From NCBI GenBank assembly GCA_964528605.1, contig CAZGSV010000004.1, positions 64,331-80,533 on the forward strand: a stretch of 16,203 bases of DNA, in the 5' to 3' direction. Shown here piece after piece: positions 13,611 through 16,203 of the stretch. The DNA comes from an uncultured Armatimonadia bacterium (lineage in GTDB: Bacteria; Armatimonadota; Zipacnadia; CAZGSV01). The first letter of the stretch is position 1, and each line of letters opens with the position of its first letter. Under the pieces are notes generated by a model. It saw only the letters and a list, made by a program, of their open reading frames with translations. It was not told the origin of the DNA and searched no databases. Both the position numbers and the translations under genes were made by a program.

Positions 13611-15632
13611 ATGTTGAGCGTTTCGGCGTGGCCGACCTGGCTGGGCGTGTTCGTGGTGCTGGTGCTGGCGCTGCCCTCCATTCGCAAGATAGGGCCAACG
13701 CAGCTAGGTCTGGTTACCAAGAGGCTGGGCTTCAAGAAGTTGAGCGAGGACGACCCGGTGGCATTCCACGGCGAGGCCGGCTACCAGGCGGACCTGCTGA
13801 TGCCCGGGCTGAGATGGAAGTTGTGGCTGCTCTACAAGGTGGAGAAGTTCCCTTGGGTGCAGGTGCCGGCGGGGGAGATCGGTGTCGTGATCGCGCAGGT
13901 GGGGCGCCCGCTCCCTATCGGCGCCAAGTCGGCGGTATACAAGAAGGAATTCGCCAACTTCACACATCTCAGGGGCTTTGTGGAGCAAGGGGGGCAGAAG
14001 GGGGTGCAGCGACCGGTGCTGCCCCCGGGGTCGCTGCTGCCGATCCACCCGGTCGGGTTCGTGGTGATCGCCAAGCATAAGGTGTACGGGGTGCCGGTGG
14101 CGCCCGATGTGCAGGCGCTGACCAGTCACGGGGGCACCCTCACACCCGAGGCGTTCGGGCTTAGGCCGGAGCACCTGGACCTGGTGCGCATCGCGCCGCA
14201 GGCCATCGCCCGGGGCGGCGAGACCATTGACACCGTAGGCATCGTCACCATTTTCGAGGGCGATCCCCTGCCACCCGGCGCGATCGCCAGCCGCCTGGGC
14301 GAGTTCTCCGATGTGGAGGAGATGGAGCGGGCGGGCGCGGCGGACCTGGAGATCATGGAGGTGCTGCTGGGCAGCAAGAATCGACTCCACAACAACTATC
14401 AGGACTTCCAGGGCTTCCTGGACAGCGGCGGCAAGATCGGCCTGCAGCACGACCCGCTGCTCTACGGCGCCTATGCCCTCAACCCCTTCCTGGTGAACGT
14501 GGAAGTGGTGCCCATGTTGGTGGTGCAGCAGGGCGAGGTGGCGGTGATCAAGGGCTACGTGGGCCTGGCCACTGAGGACACCTCGGGAGTGGAGTTCAAG
14601 TTCGGTTCGCTGGTGCGGCCGGGACACCGCGGCATTTGGCAGGAGCCGCTGCGCACGGGCAAGTACCCCATCAACCCGCGCTGTTACCAAGCGGAGATAG
14701 TGCCTACCGCGATTCTGACCCTCAACTGGGCGGACGCGGTGTCGCGCGCGCACAACCTAGATGCGCAGTTGCAGCAGATAGTGGCCAAGAGCCGCGAGGG
14801 CTTCATCTTCAAGATTGACCTGCAAGTGCAGATCCACGTGCCCGACACGCGAGCGCCGAGGGTCATCTCGATGGTGGGCACGATGCAGAATCTGGTGAGC
14901 GAGGTTCTGCAGGCCGCGGTGGGTAACCACTTCCGCGACAAACTGCAGAGCATGCCCGCCATCCGCTTCATCGAGACCCGCCAGCAGGTGCAGCAGGAGG
15001 CCTTCGAGCACATCCGGGAGCGCTTGGAGGAGTATCAGGTTGAGACGAAGGGCGTCTACATCCAGGACGTGATCCTGCCCGAGGGCTTGGTCAAGGTGCT
15101 CACCGAGCGTGAGATAGCGAACCAGGAGATCGAGACCTTCAAGAAGCAGAAGGACGCGCAGGACCAGAGGATAGCGATGGAGCAAGCGAAGGGCACGGCC
15201 GACATGCAAGCCGACCTCGCCCGGGCCAAGGTGGGCGTTGACATCAAGAGCAACAATGCCAACGCGCGCATTGCGGAGGCTAACGGCGAGGCGACCTACA
15301 TTCGCGAGACGGGCACGGCCAAGGGCGCGGAGGTGCAAGCGGTCGGCCTGGCGCGAGCGAAGGGCTACGAGGCGCAGGTGCAGGCTTTGGGGCCCATCCC
15401 GACGGCACTGGTCAACGTCATCAACGCCCTGGCGGAACGGCAGGTGAAGTTCGTGCCGGACGTGCTGGTGACGGGGGGAGGCGCCGCGAGCGCACTAGAC
15501 GGCCTAGCCGGCGCCCTTATGCAACACCTCAACATCGGCTCCGCGCGAGCCGGGATGGTTACCACGCCGGGAGCCGCGGAAGAGACCGCCATGGCCGGGC
15601 CTGCCGCGCCTCCTGCGGAGCCCGCGGCCTAG
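13611..15632 (+). CDS. Flotillin-like SPFH/Band-7 family membrane protein (673 aa)
   Basis: SD AAGGGGGAA lies 8 nt upstream. The N-terminal TM helix is WPTWLGVFVVLVLALPSI. An SPFH core follows, then a long Ala/Glu/Gln/Lys-rich coiled-coil region (EREIANQEIETFKKQKDAQDQRIAMEQAKGTADMQADLARAKV...), characteristic of bacterial flotillins (YqiK/FloT type). The tail is Ala/Pro-rich. Confidence 0.85.
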   Translation: MLSVSAWPTWLGVFVVLVLALPSIRKIGPTQLGLVTKRLGFKKLSEDDPVAFHGEAGYQADLLMPGLRWKLWLLYKVEKFPWVQVPAGEIGVVIAQVGRPLPIGAKSAVYKKEFANFTHLRGFVEQGGQKGVQRPVLPPGSLLPIHPVGFVVIAKHKVYGVPVAPDVQALTSHGGTLTPEAFGLRPEHLDLVRIAPQAIARGGETIDTVGIVTIFEGDPLPPGAIASRLGEFSDVEEMERAGAADLEIMEVLLGSKNRLHNNYQDFQGFLDSGGKIGLQHDPLLYGAYALNPFLVNVEVVPMLVVQQGEVAVIKGYVGLATEDTSGVEFKFGSLVRPGHRGIWQEPLRTGKYPINPRCYQAEIVPTAILTLNWADAVSRAHNLDAQLQQIVAKSREGFIFKIDLQVQIHVPDTRAPRVISMVGTMQNLVSEVLQAAVGNHFRDKLQSMPAIRFIETRQQVQQEAFEHIRERLEEYQVETKGVYIQDVILPEGLVKVLTEREIANQEIETFKKQKDAQDQRIAMEQAKGTADMQADLARAKVGVDIKSNNANARIAEANGEATYIRETGTAKGAEVQAVGLARAKGYEAQVQALGPIPTALVNVINALAERQVKFVPDVLVTGGGAASALDGLAGALMQHLNIGSARAGMVTTPGAAEETAMAGPAAPPAEPAA

Positions 15633-15672
15633 CAGGCGGCAGGCCTGGGAGGCTTGAACTACTGACACAGGC

Positions 15673-16203
15673 TTAGCGAGAGCTGGCGCTGGCGCGTTTC
15701 GCCGGCGCGGGGTCCCCGTACTTCATGAAGGCGCGGCTGGCGATCTCCTGGTACTTGGGGTCGAGGCCGATGGCCTCATTGGAGCCGTAGTAGCCGGCAA
15801 TGAAGCCCCCCCCGAAGGAGCCGAGTTTCTCCACGTACTCGCGCGCCGCCTGCTCGATTCTTGCCGGCTCGCGCGTTTGCAGCGTCTGCTGGATGTCCAC
15901 CGGCGACCAGAAGTGCAGCCGGCCGCCGAAGTGTTCGGCCAGATAATCAATGCCATGCAGTTCGGGCTGATCGAACTGGCAAACGTTGATGCCGGCCTGC
16001 GCCCAGTCCTCCAGCACTTCGGTCACGTGGCCGCAGGAGTGGAACCACACGCTGAGGCCCCGGCTGTGGGCGGCGCCGCACAGTTGCCGGAAGCAGGGGA
16101 GGAAGAGGTCGCGGAAGGCCCGTGGGCTGACGAGAAGGCGATCCTGAGTGCCCCAGTCCTCGCCGCTCTTGATACCGTCCACGCCGCAATCGGCGAGGCG
16201 ATA
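15673..16203 (-). CDS. Uroporphyrinogen-decarboxylase (URO-D) family protein, C-terminal ~175 codons; the 5' end lies beyond the window end
   Basis: Contains ...GLSVWFHSCGHVTEVLEDWAQAGINVCQFDQPELHGIDYLAEHFGGRLHFWSPVDIQQTL..., typical of the URO-D/MtaA fold C-terminal half. The frame stays open through 16203 (YRLADCGVDG...), so the track start at 16182 is internal. Confidence 0.7.
   Translation of the reverse strand, partial: YRLADCGVDGIKSGEDWGTQDRLLVSPRAFRDLFLPCFRQLCGAAHSRGLSVWFHSCGHVTEVLEDWAQAGINVCQFDQPELHGIDYLAEHFGGRLHFWSPVDIQQTLQTREPARIEQAAREYVEKLGSFGGGFIAGYYGSNEAIGLDPKYQEIASRAFMKYGDPAPAKRASASSR

Noticed and set aside
1-16203. CRISPR arrays, IS elements, integrases and phage genes
   Set aside because: No spaced direct repeats were found. 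The products contain no transposase or integrase motifs (DDE, tyrosine recombinase R-H-R-Y). No long terminal inverted repeats flank any block. The only sign of rearrangement is the chimeric ORF at 7635..7901.

Overview
This 16.2 kb window is about 70% GC and very gene-dense (Actinobacteria-like or Chloroflexi-like). The family calls rest on motifs recognised by eye in the supplied translations. I call 17 protein-coding genes: 13 on the + strand and 4 on the - strand. There are no rRNA, tRNA, CRISPR or transposase signatures. In order, the window contains: (1) the 5' half of a radical-SAM enzyme and a secreted metallophosphoesterase, both on the - strand. (2) A four-gene, translationally coupled block (ATGA start/stop overlaps). 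It encodes a zf-HC2 anti-sigma factor, a membrane protein with an ~200-aa extracytoplasmic domain plus a PLDc_N-like two-helix module and a cytoplasmic double zinc ribbon, an ECF sigma-70 factor, and a second PLDc_N-like + double-zinc-ribbon membrane protein. This is the most interesting candidate for an undescribed signalling system. (3) A small convergent PQQ-repeat secreted protein. (4) A DegT/DnrJ/EryC1-type PLP aminotransferase tightly followed by a cytoplasmic peptidase-C45/acyltransferase-like Ntn hydrolase. (5) A 520-bp AT-richer spacer holding two AAG-triloop hairpins and an 88-codon chimeric ORF. The ORF fuses the N-terminus of an ECF sigma factor to the C-terminus of a PilT-type ATPase, which marks a rearrangement scar. 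(6) A cytoplasmic GH36 alpha-galactosidase. (7) Two tandem, secreted C45-family Ntn-hydrolase paralogs separated by a GC hairpin terminator, with a small basic ORF coupled to the second by an ATGA overlap. (8) A secreted TlpA-like thioredoxin-fold protein with a degenerate CxxC motif (CPRG). (9) A 673-aa flotillin/SPFH protein. (10) A convergent, partial uroporphyrinogen-decarboxylase-family gene. Three perfect TATAAT hexamers sit at sensible distances upstream of gene starts, which is unusual at this GC content. The many long antisense ORFs in the six-frame track are stop-codon-poor high-GC shadows and were rejected.
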